Below the pieces are notes generated by a model. That model worked only from the letters and a program-made list of their open reading frames with translations. It ran no database searches and had not been told where the DNA came from. A stretch of 64,000 nucleotides of DNA from Sulfolobales archaeon (GTDB taxonomy: Archaea; Thermoproteota; Thermoprotei_A; Sulfolobales; AG1), in the NCBI GenBank assembly GCA_038867615.1, contig JAWBYA010000005.1, positions 73,750-137,749 on the forward strand, written 5' to 3'. The position numbers and the translations under genes are program-made. Shown piece by piece: positions 19,291 through 28,829 of the stretch (within the stretch, counting starts at the first letter, position 1; every line of letters begins with the position of its first letter).

Positions 19291-20177
19291 CTCACAATCT
19301 GAGGCCTCCCCATAATACCCGTTGGTCTGACAAGGAGTATCAGGAGGAAGAGTGTGTAGAGGTAGAATAGTTTTAACCCTGGTGGGAGGAGATAGCCTAT
19401 AGCGCTATCCATTAACGCGTATAGAATAGCACCTACAAGGCTCCCCACAGGGTTACCAAGCCCTCCAAGGGCTGTTATTACGAGGGCTATGACAAGATAC
19501 TCCACGCCCATGAAGGGGTTTATCTGAACCCTCATGCTTATAGCAGCACCAGCAACTACGGGCAATACCGTCGATACTATCGATGCAAGCATATATATCT
19601 TGCTAGTATTAAGCCCTATATCGAGTGCAAGACGGGGAGCCTGTATAATTCCCCTGATCGCCACGCCTATGTATGTTCTATATAGCAGGATATAGGTAGT
19701 AAAGGTCATAATAACTCCTGTGATCATGATGATGAAGACGTTAAGGGGGACGAGGATCGACCCCATGGCAACCCCCTGCTCTAGATAAGTATAGCTCACA
19801 GCGGTAGGGCTCCAGAGATACGCCACAACTCCCTGGATAGCCATCGAGAGCCCGAAGGTTGCTATTATGCTCTGCTCCTCAATAACATTAACACTACCGC
19901 TAGCAAGGATCCTGTTGTAAATGATAGTATACATAACATAGCCTATAAAAATACCTATCACCGCAGCAACAGGGATGCTGGCAATAGGAGGGATCTTATA
20001 GATCGCGTATAGCCAGTACGCCGTATAAGCACCGATCATAACAAGATCCCCATAGGCTATGTTAATAATCCTGGTCGAGCTGAAAAGTATATTGAACCCG
20101 AGCGAGACAGCAACATATAGAGGCGAATATATAAGGGGTAAAAGGATCAGTGAAACCATTCTATCAAAAAGCTCCAC
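19287..20177 (-). CDS. livH: Branched-chain amino acid ABC permease
   Basis: IINIAYGDLVMIGAY, LGGLGNPVG and LVRPTGIMG. Confidence 0.9.
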   Translation of the reverse strand: MELFDRMVSLILLPLIYSPLYVAVSLGFNILFSSTRIINIAYGDLVMIGAYTAYWLYAIYKIPPIASIPVAAVIGIFIGYVMYTIIYNRILASGSVNVIEEQSIIATFGLSMAIQGVVAYLWSPTAVSYTYLEQGVAMGSILVPLNVFIIMITGVIMTFTTYILLYRTYIGVAIRGIIQAPRLALDIGLNTSKIYMLASIVSTVLPVVAGAAISMRVQINPFMGVEYLVIALVITALGGLGNPVGSLVGAILYALMDSAIGYLLPPGLKLFYLYTLFLLILLVRPTGIMGRPQIVR

Positions 20178-20200
20178 AGGAATCCCCTACCCCCCGCTAG

Positions 20201-20428
20201 CCGTTTGTCTCCATCCAATCCTATAGTAGATCGACCATGTGGGTTTGTTAACAGCAGTTGAGCCCAACAGTGTAGGGCTCTCGCCTACCGAGAGATCATC
20301 CCCTGGATGGCTTGGAGCAATGCTCCCATCACCACCCAGAGTCAATATAGAGACCAAACCATCACCAAAAACAATTCCAACCATAAGATTATAAATATCT
20401 CCCACGAATATCAAAAAGAAAACACCCC
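20201..20428 (-). mobile_element. Family-2 non-coding dispersed element, degenerate copy inside the liv operon
   Basis: Minus strand GGGGTGTTTTCTTTTTGATATTCGT...GGTGATGGGAGCATTGCTCCAAGCC...GACAAACGG is colinear with 28522-28793. Confidence 0.75.
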
Positions 20429-20430
20429 GT

Positions 20431-21726
20431 TCAGCTCCACTCAGGCTTTGGATATATGTAGGGCGATAGGAAGGGCGCGTTTACAAACTCGATATTGGGG
20501 TACCTGCCCTTAGTTATAAAGATAGGCTTGGCCACTCCTCCCTGGTATTGCATCCAGACAAGGAACGGGGGATCTATTGTTTGGTTAACAAACCTAACGC
20601 TCCCAAGAGGGCCGAATGGTATGTTGAAGGTCTCGCTATCAAGCACCCTCTTTATCTTCTCATAATTCAGACTCCCCGCCTTCTCTATAGCTGCTTTGAA
20701 GATCAAGCAGCTCTTATAAACAAGACCCTGCATATCCGGTACAGGGGCGTAGCCGTATTTACTCACATATGCATCCCAGAAGCTCTTTAGCACAGGATCT
20801 AGATCTGGATAGCTATTAGTCCAGTAGATTATCCCCTCTCTGGTAGCGTTATCGAACCTTGTGTAGAAATCCCTCGTAGAGGCTCCGGGGCCTGTCATTA
20901 TGAGCACCTTTGGATTTATCCTAAGCTCCCTCATCTGTGGAATAACTACGTAGGAGTCGGCACCAAAGGTTAGTGCTAGTACTATATCTGGTCTAGCCTC
21001 AGCCATTCTTAAGAGCAAGCCCCTCACATCTGTAGCTGTTAATGGATAGCTTGCTGTGAACACCACTTCTCCTATCCTCTGCTCCTCGAGGGCTTTTTTC
21101 GTCCATGTTGCCCAACCGACTGTTGAGTCTGTCTCGGCATATATGATAGCTATTCTCCTCAGCTCCGGGCGATCAGATATGATCTTCTTTATAACCGCGG
21201 CATACATGCCTCCAACGTGTTCGAAGGTCATGAAGGTTAGATAGATATTCTGGCTCACATTCTTCAACCTCTCCTCAGTCGCTATAGTCTGGGTTGCTAG
21301 GATTATAGGGATGTTGTATTTGTTGACCACAGGTATGATTCCAAGCCCTATCCCTGTCCCAAAAGGCGGCCATAGAAAGTCAACCTTATCCTGGGTTACA
21401 AGCTGCTCATAAAGAGATCTCGCCTTGCTAGGATCGCTTGAATCATCATAATGAGTTATCCTCAACGGGATCCTCTTACCGAGCTCTGCAACATAGACCC
21501 CTCCCTGACTATTTATATAATCAGCACAGATCTGGTAGGCCCTCAGCTGCTCATTACCCTGGGCTGATAGAGGGCCTGAGAGAGCAACTGTAAAGCCAAC
21601 CGATATATGGTCTTTGGTAGCTTGGGGGTTTAGAGAGCCTGAGAGATACATATACCCCGCTAACCCTGCGATTACTACGATAACCACAACAACTATCCCA
21701 ATCACAGCCCTTCTCGAGACCATCAT
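20431..21726 (-). CDS. livK: Branched-chain amino acid ABC substrate-binding protein
   Basis: N-terminal TM, ALSGPLS, YINSQGG, YDDSSDP and DKVDFLWPPFG. Confidence 0.9.
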   Translation of the reverse strand: MMVSRRAVIGIVVVVIVVIAGLAGYMYLSGSLNPQATKDHISVGFTVALSGPLSAQGNEQLRAYQICADYINSQGGVYVAELGKRIPLRITHYDDSSDPSKARSLYEQLVTQDKVDFLWPPFGTGIGLGIIPVVNKYNIPIILATQTIATEERLKNVSQNIYLTFMTFEHVGGMYAAVIKKIISDRPELRRIAIIYAETDSTVGWATWTKKALEEQRIGEVVFTASYPLTATDVRGLLLRMAEARPDIVLALTFGADSYVVIPQMRELRINPKVLIMTGPGASTRDFYTRFDNATREGIIYWTNSYPDLDPVLKSFWDAYVSKYGYAPVPDMQGLVYKSCLIFKAAIEKAGSLNYEKIKRVLDSETFNIPFGPLGSVRFVNQTIDPPFLVWMQYQGGVAKPIFITKGRYPNIEFVNAPFLSPYIYPKPEWS

Positions 21727-21885
21727 GCAATCCCGGGGGATAATATGTAGTAATGGCTATATATGGTACATAATTCCTATTTGATGATGCTTGCTATAAA
21801 TGAAAACAGATATATACATAACATTGAATAAGACATAACCATATAATGGAAGAGCCGCATAGAACACGCATAGCTTATATAGCCC

Positions 21886-23406
21886 TTGCATCATATGAAT
21901 AGGGATTGGATGAAGGTCACCTACGGTAGGAAAGGGGTCTCAGCAGATCACCCACTAGCTGTGGCTGCAGGGCTTAAGGTTCTTGAGAACGGTGGTAACG
22001 CTTTCGACGCCTCGATAGCAGTGAGCGCCGTCCTCTCGGTTGTACACCCATTCTCAGGAGGCCTTGGAGGCGATGGGTTTATCCTAGCCCTTTCGAACAG
22101 CGAAATCATAGCCTATAATGGTTCTGGAAGATCTCCCTCCGGTTTTAACGCTGAGGAGTATATGGCTAAGAAACCCTTGAGAGGCCCTCTCACGGTAACG
22201 ATCCCAGGGCTTGTGGAGATGTGGGGATATGTTGCTGAGGAATACGGGACAATGGATCTCAGGGATCTCTTAAAACCAGCCATATCGCTCGCCGAGAATG
22301 GGTTCTACGCCGACCGAGCGCTCGGAGCAGCCGTGTCTAGATATAGAGGTGAACTGGAAGCCTTCGAGGAGTGGAAGAAACTATACGGAAGCGTGGAGAC
22401 AGGAAGCCTGGTGAGGAATAGAGGGCTTGCAAACGTCCTGAGAAGGATCTCTAGCAGGGGTTGGGATGAGTTCTACTACGGAAGAGTAGCTGAGGATCTA
22501 GTATCAGGGTTGGAGAAACAGGGGGTTGGGATCTCGCTAGAAGATCTGATGGATCATGAGGGCCTAGAGGTCGAACCCCTAAAGCTGGACCTAGGATCCA
22601 GGGTTCTATACGAGCTCCCGCCTAACAGCCAGGGGATCTCGACGTTACAGATGATCTCAGCATTACACGAGCTAGAGATAGATAAATATGGTTTTAACGA
22701 TCTTAGGAGGATAGATGCGTGGAGCGAGCCCACCAAGAAGATCTATATGTTCAGGGATAGAAACATAGGAGACCCAGAGGCAATGACAATAGACCCGAGG
22801 GGTTTTGTGAAATACAGCTCGATAAAGACCGAAGCAGCTAGCTCGGAAAGGCTTAGTGATAAGGATACAACGTTCTTCGTAGTAGATGATGGAGAGAATC
22901 TCGTGGGGTTTATCCAGAGCCTCTTCTACCCATTCGGATCAGGCGTCACAACCCTCGGCATTGTTATGCAGAACAGGGGCTCTGGATTCTCCTACGAGAA
23001 GGGACTTCCAAACACGCCTTCTCCGAGGAAAAGACCTCTCCACACGCTCTCAATACTAATGGTTGACGATCATGAGAGAAACTCTATCTATATGATAGGG
23101 TGTGCTGGGGGAGACTATAGACCACAGATCCATACAAGGATCTATGAGAACATATTCGTATACAACATGGGCTTGGGCGAGGCTCTAGCAGCCCCTAGAT
23201 TCATATACACAGACCTCTCAAAAGGATCTAGAGTGATTATAGAGGAGGGTCTGGGCGAATATAGATCCTCGCTAGGTATTGAGGCACAGGTGATCAAGGG
23301 TCAGAGATCCACAGGATTGGTAAACGCGGCGAGAAGAGACAGGACTAGGGGGTATACAGAGTTCGCTCCCGACACTAGAGGGGCAGCAATATCAATAGCC
23401 ATATAG
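21886..23406 (+). CDS. ggt: Gamma-glutamyltransferase family protein
   Basis: GGNAFDA, SGGLGGDGF, DTTFF (Thr nucleophile), QNRGSGF and PRKRPLHT. True start may be 21895 or 21910. Confidence 0.93.
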   Translation: MHHMNRDWMKVTYGRKGVSADHPLAVAAGLKVLENGGNAFDASIAVSAVLSVVHPFSGGLGGDGFILALSNSEIIAYNGSGRSPSGFNAEEYMAKKPLRGPLTVTIPGLVEMWGYVAEEYGTMDLRDLLKPAISLAENGFYADRALGAAVSRYRGELEAFEEWKKLYGSVETGSLVRNRGLANVLRRISSRGWDEFYYGRVAEDLVSGLEKQGVGISLEDLMDHEGLEVEPLKLDLGSRVLYELPPNSQGISTLQMISALHELEIDKYGFNDLRRIDAWSEPTKKIYMFRDRNIGDPEAMTIDPRGFVKYSSIKTEAASSERLSDKDTTFFVVDDGENLVGFIQSLFYPFGSGVTTLGIVMQNRGSGFSYEKGLPNTPSPRKRPLHTLSILMVDDHERNSIYMIGCAGGDYRPQIHTRIYENIFVYNMGLGEALAAPRFIYTDLSKGSRVIIEEGLGEYRSSLGIEAQVIKGQRSTGLVNAARRDRTRGYTEFAPDTRGAAISIAI

Positions 23407-23409
23407 TTA

Positions 23410-23680
23410 CTGCCGTAGCCAGCTGTTTCGGGTTTCATGATGGTTTATAAGGATTGATATTAAGCTCGTAGTTCTGCAGTAATGTAACCTTATATAAGCT
23501 CTATTATTCTAATGGGGATGCCCGCCCAACAATGAGGGTAGGGATAAAGACCCGAGTGGGCGGGGTAAATACAGAGAGATCCAGGATATGGGCCCCAATG
23601 AAAGGAGCCCTGAGGCCCATGAAGCCAAGGAAAACCAGTTGATTAAAAAGAGACAACTGTTATGAAGCCTGAACCCCATG
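23410..23680 (+). mobile_element. Family-1 non-coding dispersed element, copy 2
   Basis: CTGCCGTAGCCAGCTGTTTC...GGTTTATAAGG...TATAAGCTCTA...CCCGCCCAACAATGAGGGT...ACCCGAGTGGGCGGG...AAGCCTGAAC matches copy 1. Confidence 0.7.
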
Positions 23681-23717
23681 CTGTTTTGAATCTATTAATA
23701 ATCGATATTTAGCGATT

Positions 23718-25187
23718 TTATCTTGATATGAGAAGCTTTGGATTAAGCCTCTCCTCGAGTGCCATTCCTATCAATACAAAACCAGCCATGTAGCTTGTTA
23801 TCCCTGCTATCGGTGCGAAGAGCCACCACCACGCTCCATTAACAAGTGCTCCTTCGTTATAAGCCTCGTTAAGCATCCTCCCCCAAGAGGGTATATTAGG
23901 GTCTCCGAAGCCTATGAACTGAATCAAGATCTCTGTTGCTATTACTCCGGGGACTAGTGATACCAGTCCATAGATCGCTAGGGGGGCTAGTCTCGGCATT
24001 ATATGTCTCCTAAGGATCCAGAGCTTACCAGCACCAAGGGCTACTGCGGACTCCACATAAGGCTCGCTCCTAATCGTTATCGCCCACGATCTCACAAGCC
24101 TTGCAAGCCCGGGCCATGAGACAAGCACTATGATCCCGTATATAACAGGCATGGATCTCCCGAGAAGGGCTACCGTGATCATTATCAGGGGAACTGCTGG
24201 TATAAAGAATATCATATCGGTTAGGAGTGTTATCACCTGGTCAGAGAATCTCCCAGCCCTGAGACCCGCTATAGATCCTATTGTCACTGCTATCCCCACC
24301 GTTAGGAGAGATGCTGTCAGTCCGAAGAAGTTAGCAACCCTGGCTCCTTCTATAAACTGCCTCCATATATCGATCCCCCTGCTATCAGTCCCCATAAGCC
24401 CGTGAGCCCTCCCAAGGATCTTTATACCTACGGGCTCGACCTGTATCGTTACACCCCTGCAACTATCTCCCAGGCACTCATAGCTTATATTGATCATAGC
24501 CCTCAGCCTGGTCCCAGGCTCTAGTAGGAGCTCGCTCACGGGGTTCACGAATATCGGGATAGGGGGATCCTGGATCCTGTTGAGATAGGGGTAGGGGAGA
24601 CGTATACTGGAGACGAAGGATCTATTCCCGCCCGAGGGTAGAGTATCATCCGCCCTGAATACCATATAGATCCCGGCCTTGATCTTCTCCCTCACACCAC
24701 CCTGCTCAACAACCTTCTCCCTCCCCAGTAGCTTATCGCTAACCAGGTATAGCTGGATTCTATATTTAGCAGAACCCTCTGAGAATACCTTAAAACCATA
24801 TGTTATAACCATAGACCTAGCCGGCTTATAGGGATAGTCAATATACTCGCTCACCAGGCTCACAGAACCCGGGGTTTGGATAACAATACTAACGATCCCG
24901 TTGCCTTCTATTAGCCTAGATCTCTCAAGTCCTCCTTGGAATAGCTGCCAACCACTCAGGCTGGCCTCCACAGTCCTCGGGATCTCTGGGTCTAGTAGGA
25001 GCGCCACCCATGCGGGTTGTGCAAGCGCGTCTGCCTCCCATTCAAGCCCTACAGAGGTTCTATACCCAGCAAACATCGAGTATGTCCCTAGGGCTGCGTA
25101 GAAAATGACTATAAGCAATCCTAGGTAGAGCTTTACCCCACCCCTATAGCCTCTCCTCCTCTCCCTCTCCACGCTCATTGTGATCAC
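23718..25187 (-). CDS. Oligopeptide ABC permease OppC/DppC with large extracellular insert
   Basis: GLMGTDSRGIDIW, EPYVESAVALGA and PSWGRML. Confidence 0.9.
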   Translation of the reverse strand: MITMSVERERRRGYRGGVKLYLGLLIVIFYAALGTYSMFAGYRTSVGLEWEADALAQPAWVALLLDPEIPRTVEASLSGWQLFQGGLERSRLIEGNGIVSIVIQTPGSVSLVSEYIDYPYKPARSMVITYGFKVFSEGSAKYRIQLYLVSDKLLGREKVVEQGGVREKIKAGIYMVFRADDTLPSGGNRSFVSSIRLPYPYLNRIQDPPIPIFVNPVSELLLEPGTRLRAMINISYECLGDSCRGVTIQVEPVGIKILGRAHGLMGTDSRGIDIWRQFIEGARVANFFGLTASLLTVGIAVTIGSIAGLRAGRFSDQVITLLTDMIFFIPAVPLIMITVALLGRSMPVIYGIIVLVSWPGLARLVRSWAITIRSEPYVESAVALGAGKLWILRRHIMPRLAPLAIYGLVSLVPGVIATEILIQFIGFGDPNIPSWGRMLNEAYNEGALVNGAWWWLFAPIAGITSYMAGFVLIGMALEERLNPKLLISR

Positions 25188-26242
25188 GCTATGTGTTTTG
25201 ATAAACCATGCCTAGCCCTTGGATCCAGGATCGCTATAGCTAGATCCGATATATAGAGGGATAGGGCCACCAATAATGTTGATGTTACGAAGAAAGCATT
25301 CATAACAGGGATATCGTTATTCTGTATAGCTTGGTATGCATAGAAAGCTATCCCAGGCCATGATGATACCAGCTCAAGGGCCACAGAACCCCCAAATATT
25401 GTTGGCAGGGTATAGGCAACCTTAGTAAGTATCGGAGGCCTTACGTTAGGGACAACCTCCGCTCTAATAACATCCCAGTCAGACATACCCTTAGCCTTGG
25501 CTGTGAAGGTATAGTCCTCCGAGATCTCCGAGGATAATATGGATCTGAAGAAATAAGCCCAGATACCGTAGAGCGAGAGTATAGATGCTATATATAGTGG
25601 GGATAGATACCAGATCCAATACCTAATGTCAGATATGCTCTCTATATTAATAGTAGGAGCCCTAACAGGTAGGGGGAGAAGCTGAATCCCCCAGGAAACC
25701 TTGGGAACATAGGCTAGGAAGTAATATACAATAAGCACGAAAACCCATATCGGGATGGAGAAGCTCGATATGCTTGATAGAGTAACTAGAAAGTCGAGAA
25801 CCCTCCCCCTAAACCTAACAGCAGCTATTGCTAGATAATACCCAACAAAGATCGGTACTATGGTGGCGAAAACATATAGAGCTAGAGTGTATGGGAGTCT
25901 CATGAGGATCTCTAGCGAAACACTCCTCATCGAGTGGAGAGAGTAGCCAAAATCCATTGTAAAAGCACTTCTCAGGAAAAGGATCAGCTGGTCTGGAAGG
26001 AGAGGCCTCTCAAGACCATATATCGAGGAAAGAGATGCAACCCAGCTAGAATACCCAGGATCATCAGACGCTCTGAAAACAGCCCTAAGCAGAGGATCCG
26101 CTGACTGGCTTGGTAGAAAAGGATTCCCCCCAAGAGCCGCTGTGGGTATAACACGTGTTAGGAAGAAGAAAAGAACAAGGGCCAGCGTGAATGTTGCCAG
26201 CATAGCGATACCCCTTACGATAGCATACCTAGCCAGAGACAT
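25184..26242 (-). CDS. Oligopeptide ABC permease OppB/DppB
   Basis: DFGYS, RLPYTL, EDYTFTAKAKG and ILDPR. Confidence 0.9.
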   Translation of the reverse strand: MSLARYAIVRGIAMLATFTLALVLFFFLTRVIPTAALGGNPFLPSQSADPLLRAVFRASDDPGYSSWVASLSSIYGLERPLLPDQLILFLRSAFTMDFGYSLHSMRSVSLEILMRLPYTLALYVFATIVPIFVGYYLAIAAVRFRGRVLDFLVTLSSISSFSIPIWVFVLIVYYFLAYVPKVSWGIQLLPLPVRAPTINIESISDIRYWIWYLSPLYIASILSLYGIWAYFFRSILSSEISEDYTFTAKAKGMSDWDVIRAEVVPNVRPPILTKVAYTLPTIFGGSVALELVSSWPGIAFYAYQAIQNNDIPVMNAFFVTSTLLVALSLYISDLAIAILDPRARHGLSKHIA

Positions 26243-26357
26243 GGGTTCCCCAAACTATATAGATAATGGAACAAAATATGCTACTACGATAAACCAGATC
26301 TATACGATCCGCATCATAACCCAAGCCCGGGCAAGTTACAAGCTTTTATAGTGCAAG

Positions 26358-27305
26358 CTACATCGAGCTTTTCTCATAATAGCCACATCTCTTGCAATAC
26401 CCTCTCTTTACACGCCCCCCACAGATTCTGCAGGTATCCCGAGCCTCTGCCTTTCTAAGCCCTCCGAAGATCCTTAGGTATCTTGATAATAAGTACGCCT
26501 GATCCCTCGACCTAGGCTCCAGGATCTTTGACACACTCTCAATAAGATCTTCTGTTACCATCGAAGCCCATATATTGCTGAGCGTGACAGACCCGCTCCC
26601 AACCTCTATAGGTTCTTTTAACCTATAGTAGGATGGAATCGATAGATCCTCTAGCAGGAGTCTCAGGATCTCTTTACCCCTAGCTACCCTAGAATAGGAG
26701 ATCTTGCACTCGGGAGGTATTTTGAGGGCGAGCTCCACCACGCTTTTCGATGCCAATGGCTGGATCACCTCTACCCCTAACTCCTCTCCAAGCCTTGAGG
26801 AGGAGAACTCCATATAGCTTGATAGATCCTCTATATATCTCGATAGATCCTCTAGCCTGTAGAGATGCATATATGAATATCCAGCAAAGAGCTCGTCACC
26901 AGCATCGCCTGTATAGACGCATCTACACCCAAGCTTGGCTGCATATTCCAGGGCTATGTATACTGAGACATCGTTCCTCACCTCTATAGGATCGAAGGTA
27001 TCCATGATCCTTATCACCTCGTCCGTAGCCCTAAGGGCTTCTGAAACACTGAAGATCTTCTGGTGGATCTCTATCCCCAGTTCTCTCGCAACAAGAGAAC
27101 CCCAGTAGAGATCCTTTGTAACGCTCTCCTCAAGACCTACAACTATGCCCTTGAGGGGTATTTTCACAATTTTTCTTGCAATAGTTGCTATATATGATGT
27201 GTCTATCCCACCACTCATTATAATGCAGTCGCAAGCCCTTGACTCGATTTCTTTTGAAACGAGATCAGTGAGGATCTTTGAGGCATTGATGCAATCAATC
27301 CTCAG
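26358..27305 (-). CDS. Asparagine synthetase C-terminal-domain-only protein with C-terminal Zn ribbon, probable CTG start
   Basis: SGGIDTS PP-loop, TGDAGDELFAGY and CxxC...CxxC. The frame extends upstream (LRIDCINASKIL...) to CTG at 27305 after GGTGTG. Confidence 0.85.
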   Translation of the reverse strand: MRIDCINASKILTDLVSKEIESRACDCIIMSGGIDTSYIATIARKIVKIPLKGIVVGLEESVTKDLYWGSLVARELGIEIHQKIFSVSEALRATDEVIRIMDTFDPIEVRNDVSVYIALEYAAKLGCRCVYTGDAGDELFAGYSYMHLYRLEDLSRYIEDLSSYMEFSSSRLGEELGVEVIQPLASKSVVELALKIPPECKISYSRVARGKEILRLLLEDLSIPSYYRLKEPIEVGSGSVTLSNIWASMVTEDLIESVSKILEPRSRDQAYLLSRYLRIFGGLRKAEARDTCRICGGRVKRGYCKRCGYYEKSSM

Positions 27306-27354
27306 AAAGACACACCATTTTATCCCTCGTCACAGAGATATTAATGGACTAGAT

Positions 27355-28521
27355 ATGGTTACCAACCTACCCCCAGAAGCTAGATCTAAGTTCGCTAAGT
27401 ATCAAGAGGCAAAAACCCCTGAGGAGAAGCTCCAGGCATTGCAAGAATTCCTCTCAGCAGTTCCGAAGCACAAGGGTACCGAGAACCTTGTTAGATGGGC
27501 TAGGAGGAGGATGGCAGAGCTTAGAGAAGAGATAGAGAGCAGAAGATCTAGAAGAGGGGGCGGAGGACCCTCTCTATTCACCATCGAGAGGTCTGGGGCT
27601 GCACAGCTCATAATGATCGGTTTTACAAAGTCTGGAAAAACAGCCCTTCTGGGGAGGCTTACCAATGCTAAGGTCACGCCATCCGATATACCCTACTCAA
27701 CCAGAATCCCTATCCCAGGGATGCTTGATTACGAGGATATACAGTTCCAGCTCGTCGAAGCCCCCTCTATTATAAGGGGTGATAGGGATTCGAGATGGAA
27801 TAGGAGATCCCTAGGGCTTTTGAGAAACGCTGACGGTGCTTTGATGGTTATAGACCTCTCCCAAAACCCCTCCGAGGATTATAAAGAGCTTGTCGAGATC
27901 CTTGAGGAGGAGGATATAAGGATCACCAAGCCTAGGGGCTATGCTGTTGTCGAGAAGGACCAGGGATCGCCGGGCATAAGGATCATATATAACGGCAAAC
28001 TTATAGACGGGACTAGCGAGGATGTGAAAAAGATCCTTGAGGGCTATAGGATCTATAGAGCCACTGTAAAGCTCTATGGAGAAGTAACCCTAGACGATAT
28101 CGAGAACGCGGTTATGGGGGCAACCATATATAGACCCTCGATCGTTATGGGTAACAAAGCCGATCTAGATGATGGGAGCAAGTGCGAGGAACTGAGAAAA
28201 ACAGTACCCCCAGAGATCCCTGTTATATGTTGCTCAGCACTAACCGGGAAAGGCTTGGAGAACTTGGGCAAAGTTATATTCGAGAGGCTAGAGATCATGA
28301 GGATATATACAAAACCCATAAACGCCGAGCCATCTAAAAAACCCCTCGTGATCAAGAGAGGATCAACGGTCCTCGAAGTAGCCAAAGCAATACACAAAGA
28401 TCTATATAGGGGCTTTAAATACGCAAGGATCTGGGGACCCTCAGCAAACTACCCAGGCGAGAGAGTGGGTTCAGACCACATACTCAAAGACGGGGATATC
28501 GTAGAGATACACGCAGCATAG
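27355..28521 (+). CDS. DRG/OBG-family GTPase with TGS domain
   Basis: MVTNLP start, PKHKGTE, GFTKSGKT, NKAD and C-terminal TGS (LKDGDIVEIH). Confidence 0.93.
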   Translation: MVTNLPPEARSKFAKYQEAKTPEEKLQALQEFLSAVPKHKGTENLVRWARRRMAELREEIESRRSRRGGGGPSLFTIERSGAAQLIMIGFTKSGKTALLGRLTNAKVTPSDIPYSTRIPIPGMLDYEDIQFQLVEAPSIIRGDRDSRWNRRSLGLLRNADGALMVIDLSQNPSEDYKELVEILEEEDIRITKPRGYAVVEKDQGSPGIRIIYNGKLIDGTSEDVKKILEGYRIYRATVKLYGEVTLDDIENAVMGATIYRPSIVMGNKADLDDGSKCEELRKTVPPEIPVICCSALTGKGLENLGKVIFERLEIMRIYTKPINAEPSKKPLVIKRGSTVLEVAKAIHKDLYRGFKYARIWGPSANYPGERVGSDHILKDGDIVEIHAA

Positions 28522-28793
28522 GGGCTGTTTTCTTTTTGATATTCGTAGGAGGTATTTACAAGCTTTGAAAGGTAGTGTCCTCGGTGTGGGTCTTCCCACA
28601 CCAGCCCAGGTGGCGATGGGAGCAGCGCTCCAAGCCACCCGGGGCAAAGCTAGATGGGAGCCGCGTGCCGTTTGGCTCGACGGTCGCCCATGACCCCGCA
28701 GGATCAGAGATCCGAGATCCTGAGGGTGGAGACGAAAACCCCTGGATGTGACCATGAATAAAATGAGTGGAATGAACATCCAGGGACAAACGG
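28522..28793 (+). mobile_element. Family-2 non-coding element, best-preserved copy, highly structured RNA
   Basis: T-tract, TATA-like TATTTACAA, hairpins GGTGTGGG/CCCACACC, CCCAGGTGGC/GCCACCCGGG, CAGGATC/GATCCTG and CCCTGGATGT/ACATCCAGGG followed by ACA. Ends GACAAACGG like the copy at 20201. Confidence 0.7.
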
Positions 28794-28829
28794 GTAAAGA
28801 ATAAAAGCCCAGCATAGATAATAAATTCA

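Noticed and set aside
20187-20414. 75 aa ORF ending ASGG, superficially MoaD/SAMP ubiquitin-like
   Set aside because: It coincides with the family-2 non-coding element. The homologous copy at 28522 does not preserve this ORF, and a beta-grasp pattern is not convincing.
27145-27354. N-terminal extension of the DRG GTPase in the ORF track
   Set aside because: It overlaps the divergent asparagine synthetase-like gene. The family-typical start MVTNLP is at 27355.
28570-28790. RNase P RNA, SRP RNA, 5S rRNA or riboswitch
   Set aside because: I found no P4 (GAGGAAAGUCC-like), SRP helix 8, 5S or known riboswitch signature on either strand.
28471-28815. 114 aa and 77 aa minus-strand ORFs
   Set aside because: They are antisense to a hairpin-rich repeated element and show no protein-like features.
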